From Candidatus Krumholzibacteriia bacterium (lineage in GTDB: Bacteria > Krumholzibacteriota > Krumholzibacteriia > JAJRXK01), in NCBI GenBank assembly GCA_041484665.1, contig JBGPIA010000006.1:1-64000 (forward strand): a stretch of DNA of 64,000 nt. Direction: 5' to 3'. Under the pieces are notes generated by a model. That model saw only the letters and a list, made by a program, of their open reading frames with translations, had not been told where the DNA came from and made no database searches. Every line of letters begins with the position of its first letter. The stretch's first letter is position 1. Positions 29,026 through 39,251 of this stretch are shown piece after piece. The position numbers and the translations under genes were made by a program.

Positions 29026-29280
29026 CGCCGGGCGAGCCGGAGCGCGGGGCTACGCGGGGCGAGCCGGCGCGGCACCGGAGAAACGGGCAGCAGATAGAGA
29101 AGGGCATTCTATCGGCCCTGGTCGGTGGTCCGCCTGGCCGATTTGATGGTCCGCCCCCACCGGGTGTAGACTGGCTTTAGAGGCACCAGACAGAGCTGGT
29201 CCTCCTGCGGGCGAGGCTCCCGGCGCACGGTCCCGCGCCAGGACCTTGCCACGCCCACCCAGCCTGCAGGGAGGGCTCCC

Positions 29281-32220
29281 ATGCCCACGCTCGAGCTTGC
29301 AACGCTCTGGCGCTCGAGTGCGCCAGTGCGCGCCCCCGCGCCCACCATCACCTTCACCGCGAAAACCCCCAACACCGGGGCCCGGGCCGCCGCTACCCGT
29401 ACCCATTCGCGCGCCCGCTCCCGTGTCGGCTTCCATGCCCTCTCCCGTACCCTCTCCCGTTCCTTCGCCTTCGCCCTCGGCTGCCTCACGCTCCTCCTCG
29501 CCTCCACGGTTCTCGCCCAGGGCCCGTACTGGCACGTGGACACCTTCAACGCCGGCAACCTCAGCACCACGACCCCGAACAACCACGCCCTGTGGTCCGG
29601 CGTGCCGGCCGGCACGGCCGGATACACCGCGGCGCCCGGTTACGGAAACGGCTGGAACGACAAGCTGTACTGGCGCGCGACGGCGGCGAACCCGACCGCG
29701 GCGACGCAGGTGCGCCTGCGCTTCGTGTACAACCACGACACGCAGCCCGGTCAGGACTTCTTCCGGGCGGAGTGGGAGGCCACCCAGACGTTCATGACGC
29801 TGCTGCAGATCGACGGCAGCAACAAGAACATGACCGGCCAGTTCGTGACACCGGTCGTCTTCGACCAGACGTGGATCATCTCCCCCACCCAGTACGCGGG
29901 CCCGCATCACGACCAGATCGTCCTGCGGCTGCGCGTCGTGTCGGGCCCGTCCGGCTCCGATCAAGACGGCGCCTACAACACGTCCGGGGCCGTCCAGGTG
30001 GACAACGTGCTGGTGCAGCTCGACGGGGCCACCCTCAGCTCCGCCGACTTCGAGAGCTCCGGCAACACCGGTGGCTGGACCAGCTTCGACCGGCAGGCCG
30101 TGGCGGACTACATCCGGGACAACGTGCTCGGCGGCTCGTACGCGGCGGTGACGATGTCCATGACGCTCCTGCCGGTGGACAACCTGCACATCGCGCGCGA
30201 TCCCAACCCGGGGGTCCCGCCGCTGACCATGCCGTTTCCGCTGACGTGGCCGGTGCTGATCGACGATGCGCCGCTGGCGAACTGGGCGCATCCGTGCCGT
30301 TGGGTCGCGGTCAACGCCAACCTGAACACGCATCTGGGCCCGCTGAGCAAGAACTGGCCGCCGGCGGTGTTCGCCAATGGGGGCGCGGGCGCGCGCGTGG
30401 ACCTCGACTGCGAACCGTTCACGCCGCAGGCCTGTCCGGACATCACCGACCCGCCGAGCGTGGGCGGTCTCCCGCCGCTCCCGCCCGATGCGTGTCTGTA
30501 TGCGGTGCTGATCTCGGGTGGGTGGGAACCCCATCTCAACCACCGCGACTACCGCGACAATCTCGCCGCGGTCTACCAGAAGCTGCGGGGCCTGGGCTTC
30601 GCCCGCAGCAACATCTGGGTCTACTACGCCGACGGCTCGCCCCTGGACCTCGACGACGCCGACGGCGACGGCGACCACGACACTGGCAGTGACGTCGAAG
30701 GACCCGTCGACGAGGCAGCGATCCGGGACAAGATCCGCTCGCTGTGCGACGGGCTGGATCCGCGCCGCGACGTCCTGTTCCTGTGCACGACCAACCACGG
30801 TGTCGGCACGGGCGATCTTGTGCTGTGGGACTTCGACGGCGACGGCGTGTACGATTCCAACGAGATGTACGAGCCGGGCGAGCTGGACCTGGACACCAGC
30901 GACTGTCAGGTGTGCCGACTATTCGTGACGATGGATCAGTGCTATTCCGGAGCCTTCACGGACATGGCCACAGACGGTCACCACAGCAACCTGGCCATCT
31001 ACACTGCGGCCACGGCGGATGAGGTCAGCTGGGGCCGCCGGTACATGCAGGTGTGGGAGGCGCTCGACTTCACCACCCGCACGATGAACAACGTGCACCA
31101 GCGCGAGGCGGACAACGCAGCCTACCTGCAGTCGACGCCCGTCGTGGCCGAGGGGATCGCCGGCAACGGCGACTTCCTGCTGAACTGGTGCTGGGCTGAC
31201 GAGACGTGCCACGTGCCGTGGGACACGCCCTTGTGCAACGGAGCGGTGAGCGCGGAGGTCGAGGTCCAGATCTGCAATAATCTGGAGCAGGATCACACGT
31301 ACACGCTGTCGCTCGCGGGCGACCCGCACGGATTCGGGGACTGCGAGGTGAACGGCCCGTCGGACTTCGAAATCCTCGATCCCGTGCCGATTAGCGTGGG
31401 CGCCGGCGAGTGCGGCACGCTGCGCGTGCGGATCTCCCGGCCCCCGGGCCTCGATATGATCAACGACACGGCCTGCTATACGGCCACGGTGACCAATCTC
31501 GAGGGCAGCTACGATTTCCGCTGCCGCGGCCGGTTGCTCGATCGGGCCGGACTGTGCCCGACCTGGGCGGCGCAGAAGCGCTTCTGGTACCTGCCGCCCC
31601 TGCAGCCGCGGATCCTCGCGCTGCAGGTGGTGAACACTGGCTTCCCGCAGTCGAATATGGCGTACCGCTTCGAGGCGGCCGGCGCCGAGGGCGGCCCCAA
31701 TGCGGTCGTGAGCCTCAACGGCCTGCCACCCGACACGCCGGTCACCGGCACCGTGCCTGTGCCGCCCGGCGTCCCCGTGTCGCTGTCGGTGACCGCGATG
31801 TTCGTCACGCACGATCCCGACTCGTTCTACGATCTGCGGCTGCTGGCCGACGTGGATGGTGACGGCCAGGCCGACCCGCTGACGTCCTTGGGGCTGCGCT
31901 CATCGGTGGCGACGGCGGCGCCCCCTGTGCGGCGCTCGGCGCTGCGGCTGCGCGTGGCGCCGAACCCGTTCAATCCAGCGGCCACGATCACGTTCGTCCT
32001 CGACGGATCTGCTCCAACGCCCGTCGTGCTGCGCGTGCTGGACGCGCGCGGGCGCGCCGTGCGCAGCCTGCTTGCGGGACAGCCGCTCCCGCCCGGCCCG
32101 CAGCTCGTGCTGTGGGACGGGCGCGACGACGCCGGCCGCATCGCGGCCAGCGGAGTCTACGTGGTCCAGCTGTCGGCGCCGGGAAAGAGCGCCAGCGCCA
32201 AGGCGACGCTGGCCAAGTGA
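29281..32220 (+). CDS. Secreted multidomain protein with a clan CD (C13/legumain/caspase-like) cysteine peptidase domain and FlgD-Ig C-terminus (start uncertain)
   Basis: Hydrophobic leader ending VLA-Q; YAVLISGG..NH, TTNHG and MDQCYSG His/Cys dyad; DxDxD loops; PNPFNP..WDGRDDAG..SGVY tail. Confidence 0.8.
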   Translation: MPTLELATLWRSSAPVRAPAPTITFTAKTPNTGARAAATRTHSRARSRVGFHALSRTLSRSFAFALGCLTLLLASTVLAQGPYWHVDTFNAGNLSTTTPNNHALWSGVPAGTAGYTAAPGYGNGWNDKLYWRATAANPTAATQVRLRFVYNHDTQPGQDFFRAEWEATQTFMTLLQIDGSNKNMTGQFVTPVVFDQTWIISPTQYAGPHHDQIVLRLRVVSGPSGSDQDGAYNTSGAVQVDNVLVQLDGATLSSADFESSGNTGGWTSFDRQAVADYIRDNVLGGSYAAVTMSMTLLPVDNLHIARDPNPGVPPLTMPFPLTWPVLIDDAPLANWAHPCRWVAVNANLNTHLGPLSKNWPPAVFANGGAGARVDLDCEPFTPQACPDITDPPSVGGLPPLPPDACLYAVLISGGWEPHLNHRDYRDNLAAVYQKLRGLGFARSNIWVYYADGSPLDLDDADGDGDHDTGSDVEGPVDEAAIRDKIRSLCDGLDPRRDVLFLCTTNHGVGTGDLVLWDFDGDGVYDSNEMYEPGELDLDTSDCQVCRLFVTMDQCYSGAFTDMATDGHHSNLAIYTAATADEVSWGRRYMQVWEALDFTTRTMNNVHQREADNAAYLQSTPVVAEGIAGNGDFLLNWCWADETCHVPWDTPLCNGAVSAEVEVQICNNLEQDHTYTLSLAGDPHGFGDCEVNGPSDFEILDPVPISVGAGECGTLRVRISRPPGLDMINDTACYTATVTNLEGSYDFRCRGRLLDRAGLCPTWAAQKRFWYLPPLQPRILALQVVNTGFPQSNMAYRFEAAGAEGGPNAVVSLNGLPPDTPVTGTVPVPPGVPVSLSVTAMFVTHDPDSFYDLRLLADVDGDGQADPLTSLGLRSSVATAAPPVRRSALRLRVAPNPFNPAATITFVLDGSAPTPVVLRVLDARGRAVRSLLAGQPLPPGPQLVLWDGRDDAGRIAASGVYVVQLSAPGKSASAKATLAK

Positions 32221-32265
32221 CCGGACCGCGACCGCACGCCCAAGCGACCGGGCCGCGACCGCGCG

Positions 32266-32346
32266 CGGTGGGCCAACACGCCGCCGGGCGGTGGGCCAAC
32301 AACCAGCCACCCGGTGGGCCAACCACGCGCCAACCGGCCGGCCGAC
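32266..32346. repeat. 12-bp direct repeat (cggtgggccaac) at an exact 23-bp period, x3 plus one degenerate copy
   Basis: Exact copies at 32266, 32289 and 32312; degenerate cggccggccgac at 32335. Confidence 0.75.
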
Positions 32347-32465
32347 CACCAACCGGCGCTGCCACGCTGAGCGGGCCATTGGAACCGGCACGCGAAGCTC
32401 CGATCAGCGCGCAAGAGCCCTGGACGATCGTGTAGACTCCTGCCCCCCCTCGAGCGGAGCTCTCC

Positions 32466-34901
32466 ATGCCCACACGCCAGCCGGCTGTCCAGGGGGCGGC
32501 CGCGGGCGGCGTCGCAACCGGAGCGGCCACGGGCGGCGTCGCACCCGGGGCGGCCACAGGCGGCGCGGCACACGGGGCGGCCGCGGGCGGCGTCGCAACC
32601 GCGCCGGCGCCCGCGCCCGCAGCGCGGTCCGCCCGGCCGCAGCCTGAGCCCTACATCGCCCCGGCCACCCGCATGCGCGAGCTCACGCCGCGCGCCGTGA
32701 TCCTGGGCACGATCCTCGGAATGATCTTCGGCGCCTCGTCCCTGTACCTGGTGCTCAAGGTCGGGCTGACGGTCAGCGCGTCGATCCCGGTGGCGGTCAT
32801 CTCGATCACGCTGTTTCGGCTCCTGTCGCGCTTCGGGCTCAAGGACGCCAGCATCCTCGAGAACAACATCGTGCAGACAGCGGGGTCGGCCGGAGAGTCG
32901 ATCGCCTTCGGCCTGGGCGTCACGATGCCCGCGATCATGATCCTCGGCTTCAACCTCGAGATCACGCGCGTGATGCTCGTGGCGGTGCTGGGGGGATTGC
33001 TGGGCATTCTGATGATGATCCCGTTGCGGCGCGCGCTGATCGTCCAGCAGCACGGCATCCTCAAGTACCCCGAGGGGACGGCCTGCGCCGAGGTGCTGAA
33101 GGCGGGAGCCTCACAAGAATCGCGGGAGATGGCCTCGGACGCGGCCAAGCAGGAAGCGCGGGCGGCCGCGGCCGCGGGGCTGTCCAGCAACACCAGCGCG
33201 CGCACGATCTTCTCCGGTTTCGGGATCGGCATCCTCTACAAGACGCTGATGGTGACCTGCAAGGCCTGGAAGGACGTGCCCGAGCGGGTTTTCGGCAAGC
33301 CGTTCGAGGCGGGCTCCCTCTCGGCCGAGATCTCGCCGGAGTTGTTGGGAGTCGGCTACATCATCGGGGGCAAAATCTCCTCGGTCATGTGCGCCGGGGG
33401 GGTGCTGGCCTATCTGGTGCTCATTCCGATGATCAAGTTCTTCGGCAGCGCCATGCCCGGCCCGCTGGCCCCGGGCGCCGTGCCCATCAAGGACATGACC
33501 CCCGACGACATCCGCGGCGCGTACGTGCTCTACATCGGCGCAGGCGCGGTGGCGGCGGGCGGCATCGTGAGCCTGGGGCGGTCCATGCCCACCATCGTGC
33601 ACGGGCTGCGCGGGGGCCTGCACGACCTGCGGGCCAAGCGCGACGCGAACTCGGCCATCCTGCGTACCGAGCACGACCTCTCGATGAAATTCGTGTTGTT
33701 CGGGATCGTCGGGATGGTGGCTGCTATCATGGCCAGCCCCTCGCTGCACATGAATCTGCTGGGGGCGCTCCTGATCGTCGTCTTCGGCTTCCTGTTCGTG
33801 ACCGTCTCGTCGCGCCTGACTGGAGAGATCGGCTCCTCCAGCAACCCGATCTCGGGGATGACGGTCGCCACGCTGCTCTTCACCTGCCTGATCTTCCTGG
33901 TGGTGGGCTGGACGGGAGGGCCGTACTACGTCACGGCGCTCTCGGTGGGCGGCATCGTCTGCATCGCGGCCTCCAACGGCGGCACAACGTCGCAGGATCT
34001 CAAGACGGGGCATCTGGTGGGCGGCACGCCACGCTTGCAGCAGATCGCGATCCTGGTCGGTTCGCTGGCCTCGGCCCTGGTGCTGGGACCGATCCTGCTG
34101 CGGCTCAACGACGCCGCCACGGTCTACGTGCCAGCCGCCGAGGTCGCGCCCGGGCTGCACACCGACGCCGGGCCGCTCACGCTGCACGAGTCGGTGCGGG
34201 GACCTCAAGCCCGCGACGATGCGAAATCGTATCTGGTCTGGCAGAAGACCGACGAGCAGGGTGGGCCGCCCGGCAAGTACCTCGTCGACGCCAGTGGCGC
34301 GGCCGTCTACCTGGTCGACCCCGGCATCAACGGCACGCACGAGACGCGCCCCGACGGCACGACCGTTCGCAAGTTCGACGCGCCCAAGGCGACGCTGATG
34401 TCGTACATCATCAAGGGCATCCTCAGCCACAAGCTGCCCTGGGCGCTGGTGCTGTTTGGGGTGATGATCGCGCTGGTGCTGGAGATGTCCGACATCCCCT
34501 CGCTCGCATTCGCGGTGGGCGTCTACCTGCCGCTGTCGTCCTCCACCCCGATCTTCTTCGGTGGGATGATCCGCTGGCTGGTCGACCGCAAGCGGCGCCG
34601 TGAGCTTGCGCACGCCAATCTGACCGAGGAGCAGCTGGTGGCCGAGGGCGACAAGAGCGCCGGCGTGCTCATGGCGTCGGGCTACATCGCGGGCGGGGCG
34701 ATCGCCGGGATCATCATCGCGTTCACCTCCGGCGCCTTCGAGCAGATCGACACGTTCTTCACCCGCTGGGCGACCGCGCACAACCCGTTCTTCGGCGGAT
34801 CGCAGGCGGACCTGCTGTCGACGCTCCCGTTCGCGGCGCTCATGGTGCTGCTGTATCTGGTGGGACGAGAGAAGCTGCTGTCGGGCCGGGCGAAGGCGTA
34901 G
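32466..34901 (+). CDS. OPT-family oligopeptide transporter (second subfamily)
   Basis: RELTPRAV, YLVLKVGLTVSASIP, ILENNIVQTAGSAGES, YPEGTACA, SSSNPISG, SQDLKTG. Confidence 0.95.
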   Translation: MPTRQPAVQGAAAGGVATGAATGGVAPGAATGGAAHGAAAGGVATAPAPAPAARSARPQPEPYIAPATRMRELTPRAVILGTILGMIFGASSLYLVLKVGLTVSASIPVAVISITLFRLLSRFGLKDASILENNIVQTAGSAGESIAFGLGVTMPAIMILGFNLEITRVMLVAVLGGLLGILMMIPLRRALIVQQHGILKYPEGTACAEVLKAGASQESREMASDAAKQEARAAAAAGLSSNTSARTIFSGFGIGILYKTLMVTCKAWKDVPERVFGKPFEAGSLSAEISPELLGVGYIIGGKISSVMCAGGVLAYLVLIPMIKFFGSAMPGPLAPGAVPIKDMTPDDIRGAYVLYIGAGAVAAGGIVSLGRSMPTIVHGLRGGLHDLRAKRDANSAILRTEHDLSMKFVLFGIVGMVAAIMASPSLHMNLLGALLIVVFGFLFVTVSSRLTGEIGSSSNPISGMTVATLLFTCLIFLVVGWTGGPYYVTALSVGGIVCIAASNGGTTSQDLKTGHLVGGTPRLQQIAILVGSLASALVLGPILLRLNDAATVYVPAAEVAPGLHTDAGPLTLHESVRGPQARDDAKSYLVWQKTDEQGGPPGKYLVDASGAAVYLVDPGINGTHETRPDGTTVRKFDAPKATLMSYIIKGILSHKLPWALVLFGVMIALVLEMSDIPSLAFAVGVYLPLSSSTPIFFGGMIRWLVDRKRRRELAHANLTEEQLVAEGDKSAGVLMASGYIAGGAIAGIIIAFTSGAFEQIDTFFTRWATAHNPFFGGSQADLLSTLPFAALMVLLYLVGREKLLSGRAKA
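32493..32600 (+). repeat. 27-bp tandem repeat x4 encoding GAAxGGVAx in the OPT N-terminus
   Basis: GAAAGGVAT GAATGGVAP GAATGGAAH GAAAGGVAT. Confidence 0.85.
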
Positions 34902-34996
34902 GCCGCCGAATCGAGGGCGGAGGCGATCGGTCCGGGTGGACGGTGCGGGCGGCGGTGGTATGGGTGAGATGACCGCAGCAGGCCGGTGGGGCCCCG

Positions 34997-36670
34997 CTAC
35001 GGCGCGCGTCCATCGCGGCGGAGGCTCCCACGCCCGGTGGGCCACAGCAGCTGGTTGGTCGAGGACCCGGTGACGGTGAACACCAGCACCTGCCGCAGCT
35101 GGTCTACGGCGTCCTTCAGATTGACCACGATCTCCAGATCGCCGTCCTTGTCGATGTCGGCGATGGTCGGTACCGCCATCGACCCGCGATCGGGCAGGGC
35201 GATGGCGTGCAGGCGAGTGCCCTCGGAGTCCAGCACGACCAGCTGACCCTTGTCCGGGTCCGGGGAGTAGGTCGCGAATACGATCTCCGGCACCCCGTCA
35301 CCCGACAGGTCCGCGATCGCCACTCCCGCGGTGAGCACGTTGGGATCTGTGGTGTACGTTGAGCTCCAGAGCACGCGCGCCCGGGAGTCCACGGCGTGGA
35401 TCTTCCCGTCGAACCCGGCGACGATGAACTCGGGACCGGCGCGCGCCGGATCGATGTCGGCGACTGCGACCTGGTTGGTGGCTGCCACGATGTTGGTGCC
35501 GGCAAAGTCGGTGAGGCCGGCCAGGTAGTCCGGGAACCGCACCGGGGCCACCCAATCGGTCGGACGCGTGCCGTCGTCGCGTAGCACCCACAGCGCTACG
35601 CCGCGCAGGCGATCGGTCTGCGCGGCGTTCTGCACCGAGCTCAGCACCACCAGCTCGCCCTTGCCGTCGCCGTCGATGTCGGCGATCGCGGGGGCCGAGT
35701 TGGTGAACTCGCCCTGGTTGTCCGTCTGCTCGTCGTTGGCGAACCCCTGCTGCGCGAGCGTGTAGTCCAGCAGCGCGCGCACTCCCTGGATCTTCGTGCG
35801 GCCGGTGAAGATGGGGGCGCATGCGAAGGCGCGCCCCGTGCCGTCGTGCAGGCTCAGGTAGGCATTGTCCTGCGTGGCGAGGATGTCGGCGACGTGGTTG
35901 CCATCGACATCGCCCAGCGCGACGTTCTGGTCGTACCCGCCCGTCACGAAGCAGCCGGCGTCACATCCGGAGCTGCCGCCAGTGTTGGCGGGAAACCCCG
36001 TGACTGCGCTGCCATCGTGGTTGACGGCGATGATGATATCGGTCTGGCCGCCCGACTCCAGGGGAGTGGTGGTCACGGCGACCAACTCGAGCTGGCCGTC
36101 GTTGTCGATGTCTCCGGCCGCGAGCGAGCGCAACTCGTCGCGCCACGCGTAGGGGAAGCCCGGGCACAACGCGCCGCCCGAATCCCACGCGTAGATGCTC
36201 CCGCGGGAGGCGACGACCACTTCCAGCCCGGGAACCGCGGGCAGCAGATCGACGACGACCGGCGAGGACCAGACTCGTCCTTGCGTCTGCCCCCGGAAGC
36301 GGATCGTGCCGTCGAGGTGCCACCCGATGACCTGATTGTCGCGAGCCGCGATGATCTCCATGGTGCCGTCCCCATCGAGGTCGGCCACGGCCGCCGACCC
36401 GACCCAGGCCTCCTGGAAGCGATCGCGCAGCGTGGCCAGCAGCGTGGGCGCGGAGACGGAGTTCTTCGGCTGGCCGGGGCCGGTCGAGTCCGAGCCGCAG
36501 CCCGCGGTCAGCAGCGCGAGCAGGAGCGCCGGCAGCAGCGGTGGCAAGCACGAGTGCGAGAGCGACCGCACGAGCGTTGGCGAGAATGGCGCGCGCAGCG
36601 GCCGCAGCGCCGGCGACGTCGGCCGCGTCGGCCGGAGCTGACGTTGGCGGGTCCAACGATCGAGACGCAT
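34997..36670 (-). CDS. FG-GAP/VCBS-repeat beta-propeller lipoprotein (start uncertain)
   Basis: Lipobox LTAG-C; repeated AxADxDGDGxxEI motifs. Confidence 0.85.
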   Translation of the reverse strand: MRLDRWTRQRQLRPTRPTSPALRPLRAPFSPTLVRSLSHSCLPPLLPALLLALLTAGCGSDSTGPGQPKNSVSAPTLLATLRDRFQEAWVGSAAVADLDGDGTMEIIAARDNQVIGWHLDGTIRFRGQTQGRVWSSPVVVDLLPAVPGLEVVVASRGSIYAWDSGGALCPGFPYAWRDELRSLAAGDIDNDGQLELVAVTTTPLESGGQTDIIIAVNHDGSAVTGFPANTGGSSGCDAGCFVTGGYDQNVALGDVDGNHVADILATQDNAYLSLHDGTGRAFACAPIFTGRTKIQGVRALLDYTLAQQGFANDEQTDNQGEFTNSAPAIADIDGDGKGELVVLSSVQNAAQTDRLRGVALWVLRDDGTRPTDWVAPVRFPDYLAGLTDFAGTNIVAATNQVAVADIDPARAGPEFIVAGFDGKIHAVDSRARVLWSSTYTTDPNVLTAGVAIADLSGDGVPEIVFATYSPDPDKGQLVVLDSEGTRLHAIALPDRGSMAVPTIADIDKDGDLEIVVNLKDAVDQLRQVLVFTVTGSSTNQLLWPTGRGSLRRDGRAP

Positions 36671-36869
36671 CGGAAGCTCCAGTGGGCTTGGGGGCATGTG
36701 GGAATGGAGTGGCGTGCGGCGATCCTGAACGATCCATCCCGGGGCGCGCAAGGCCGAGTTGGCGTCCGCGTGCGGGCGCTGCGGGTTCGACTACACTTTG
36801 GGCGATCGTGGTAACCGGCCGGGAGCCGGCCACTTTGGATCCTCACCCCTGCAAGGAGGCGCAAGCGAC

Positions 36870-37514
36870 ATGCGGATCGGCGTGCTGGGGACGGGTGACG
36901 TCGGCCGGGCCCTGGGCCAGGCCTTCGTCACCCTCGGACACGAGGTCAAGATGGGCTCGCGCGCGGCCGGCAACGAGAAAGCCGTGCAATGGGCCCGCGC
37001 GGCGGGGCCGAAGGCGTCGCAGGGAACGTTCACGGATGCGGCGCGATTCGGCGAGCTGGTCGTGCTGGCCACTCTCGGCGTGGCCAACGACGAGACCCTG
37101 CGCGCCGCGGGCATCGGCAGCTTCGACGGCAAGATCGTGATCGACACCACCAACCCGTTGGATATGTCGGGCGGCTTCCCCCCCAAGCTGGCGGTGGGCC
37201 ACACCGATTCGGCCGGCGAGCGCGTGCAGCGGCTGTTGCCGCGCGCCCACGTGGTGAAAGCGTTCAATACGGTGGGCAACGCCCACATGTTCAAGCCCCA
37301 GTTCCCTGAAGGCCCGCCCGACATGTTCATCTGCGGCAACAGCGATGACGCCAAAGCGAAGGTCGCAGCGATCCTGCGTGACTTCGGCTGGGGCGTGATC
37401 GACCTGGGCGGTATCGAGGCGTCGCGCCACCTGGAGCCGATGTGCCTGGTGTGGGTACTCTACGGCGCGCGCTCCGGCTCGTGGAACCACGCCTTCAAGC
37501 TGCTGCGGCGCTGA
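36870..37514 (+). CDS. NADP-dependent F420 reductase-family oxidoreductase
   Basis: GVLGTGDVG Rossmann motif, GSR, IDTTNPL, VVKAFNT; RBS aaggagg. Confidence 0.9.
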   Translation: MRIGVLGTGDVGRALGQAFVTLGHEVKMGSRAAGNEKAVQWARAAGPKASQGTFTDAARFGELVVLATLGVANDETLRAAGIGSFDGKIVIDTTNPLDMSGGFPPKLAVGHTDSAGERVQRLLPRAHVVKAFNTVGNAHMFKPQFPEGPPDMFICGNSDDAKAKVAAILRDFGWGVIDLGGIEASRHLEPMCLVWVLYGARSGSWNHAFKLLRR

Positions 37515-37596
37515 GACCCGCCGCAGCGGCCCCCCACCAGACCCCGTGCCCGTGCTCCGAGGCGTGCGGCCCGTCGTCCTCGCGACGGCAGCGCCG

Positions 37597-39075
37597 CTAC
37601 GCGTGGAGCGCGTCGCAGATCTTGCGGAAATGGTGGCCGTAGATGGCGAGCGTGACGGCCAGCGGAAACAGCGAGGGCCGCCGGAACGAGGTCCAGGCGA
37701 GCAGGCCCCAGTAGTGGGCCCGCTCCCGGCCGAATACGCCCAGGCGGATCACCGAATGCATGAAGGCGCCGATGTTCGGCCAGCTCATCGAGCTGGTCAT
37801 TCGAGGCGGATGGTACTCGCGCAGGAACGTGCGCACGCGCTGGTAGTACGGCCCCGGCGCATAGATGCTGCGCAGGATCATCTTGTGCCCGTCGCGCAGC
37901 GCGTCGGGGTCCATGCGCGGCACGAAATTGAGGGTGCCGTCTACGTTGTCGCCGGTCGTCTCGCCCAGCAGCCGGCCTTCGCGTTTCAGCCGGGAGTACA
38001 GCTTGGTGTCCGGCATGGCGTTCAGCAGCCCGACCATCGCGGTGACGATACCGCTCTTCTGAATGAACTCCGTCTGCCGCTGGAAGGTCGTCGGCGTGTC
38101 GCTGTCGAAGCCGACGATGAACCCGCCCTGCACCTGCAGCCCGGCCCGCTGCATGCGTTTCACGTCGGCAATCATGTCGCGGCCGCGGTTCTGCCGCTTG
38201 TTGCATTCGGCGAGGCTGGCCTCCTCAGGCGTCTCGATACCGATGAACACGGTATCAAATCCCGCCTCGACCATCGACGTCATGAGCGTCGCGTCATCGG
38301 CCAGGTTGATCGACGCCTCGGTGTAGAACCGGATGCCAGCCTTGCCCTTGCGCCAGGCGGTCAGCGCCGGCAACAACTTCGACTTGAGTTGCTGCTTGTT
38401 GCCGATGAAGTTGTCATCGACGAAGAACACCGAGCCGCGCCAGCCGGCGCGGCACAGGCCGTCCAGCTCCGCGAGGATCTGCGCCGCGGTCTTGGTGCGC
38501 GGCCGATGGCCGAGCATCGCGGTGACGTTGCAGAACTCGCAGTCGAACGGGCAGCCGCGCGAGAACTGCACGCTCATGGAGGCGTAGCGCCGCAGGTCCA
38601 GCAGCTCCCACAAGGGCACGGGCGTCTGGCGGACGTCGGCGAACTCAGCCGCCGTGTACGCCCGCCGCGCCGTCCCGCGTCCGAAGTCGTACAGGAAGGG
38701 GGCGAGCGTTACCTCGGCCTCGTTCAGCACGAAATGGTCGACATCCGGGAACTGCGCGTGTTCGGCGGTGAACAGCGGCCCGCCGGCGACGATCGTCTTA
38801 CCCGCCGCCCGGCAGCGCGCGATGAGCTCGCGCGCGGACGCGCGCTGCGCGAGCATCGCGCTGACGAACACGACGTCCGCCCAGGCAATGTCTTCTCGGG
38901 AGACCTTGCGGACGTTCTGGTCCACCAGCCGCTTGGGCCATTCCGGCGGCAGCATGGCGGCGACGGTGATCAGACCGAGCGGGGGCAGGGAGGCGCGCTT
39001 GCGGACGAACTTCAGCGCGTGCTTGAAGCTCCAGAACGTGTCCGGGAACTCGGGATACAGAAGAAGTGCATTCAT
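37597..39075 (-). CDS. B12-binding radical SAM protein (DUF4070 type)
   Basis: FPDTFWSF, PPLGLITVAA, SRGCPFDCEFC, FVDDNFIG, GFIVGFDSD. Confidence 0.92.
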   Translation of the reverse strand: MNALLLYPEFPDTFWSFKHALKFVRKRASLPPLGLITVAAMLPPEWPKRLVDQNVRKVSREDIAWADVVFVSAMLAQRASARELIARCRAAGKTIVAGGPLFTAEHAQFPDVDHFVLNEAEVTLAPFLYDFGRGTARRAYTAAEFADVRQTPVPLWELLDLRRYASMSVQFSRGCPFDCEFCNVTAMLGHRPRTKTAAQILAELDGLCRAGWRGSVFFVDDNFIGNKQQLKSKLLPALTAWRKGKAGIRFYTEASINLADDATLMTSMVEAGFDTVFIGIETPEEASLAECNKRQNRGRDMIADVKRMQRAGLQVQGGFIVGFDSDTPTTFQRQTEFIQKSGIVTAMVGLLNAMPDTKLYSRLKREGRLLGETTGDNVDGTLNFVPRMDPDALRDGHKMILRSIYAPGPYYQRVRTFLREYHPPRMTSSMSWPNIGAFMHSVIRLGVFGRERAHYWGLLAWTSFRRPSLFPLAVTLAIYGHHFRKICDALHA

Positions 39076-39251
39076 CGATCGACTCGCCGACACGATAGGC
39101 CCGATCGCGGCAAACCGAAAGGCATTTTGCGGACCGTAACCGCTGGCCTCGGCGCACCCGCAGGTCGCACCGAGGCGCGCACGGACGGACGGACGGACGG
39201 GCGGGGGACGGACGCACGCGTCGGGCAGGCGCGCGCTCCGCCGCCACTCGC

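Noticed and set aside
32266..32346. CRISPR array
   Set aside because: The repeat is 12 bp and the spacers 11 bp, far below CRISPR dimensions; no cas genes in the window
36870..37514. Evidence for F420-based methanogen-like metabolism linked to Hdr-Mvh
   Set aside because: This oxidoreductase family is widespread in bacteria lacking F420, and the gene is unlinked to the hdr operon
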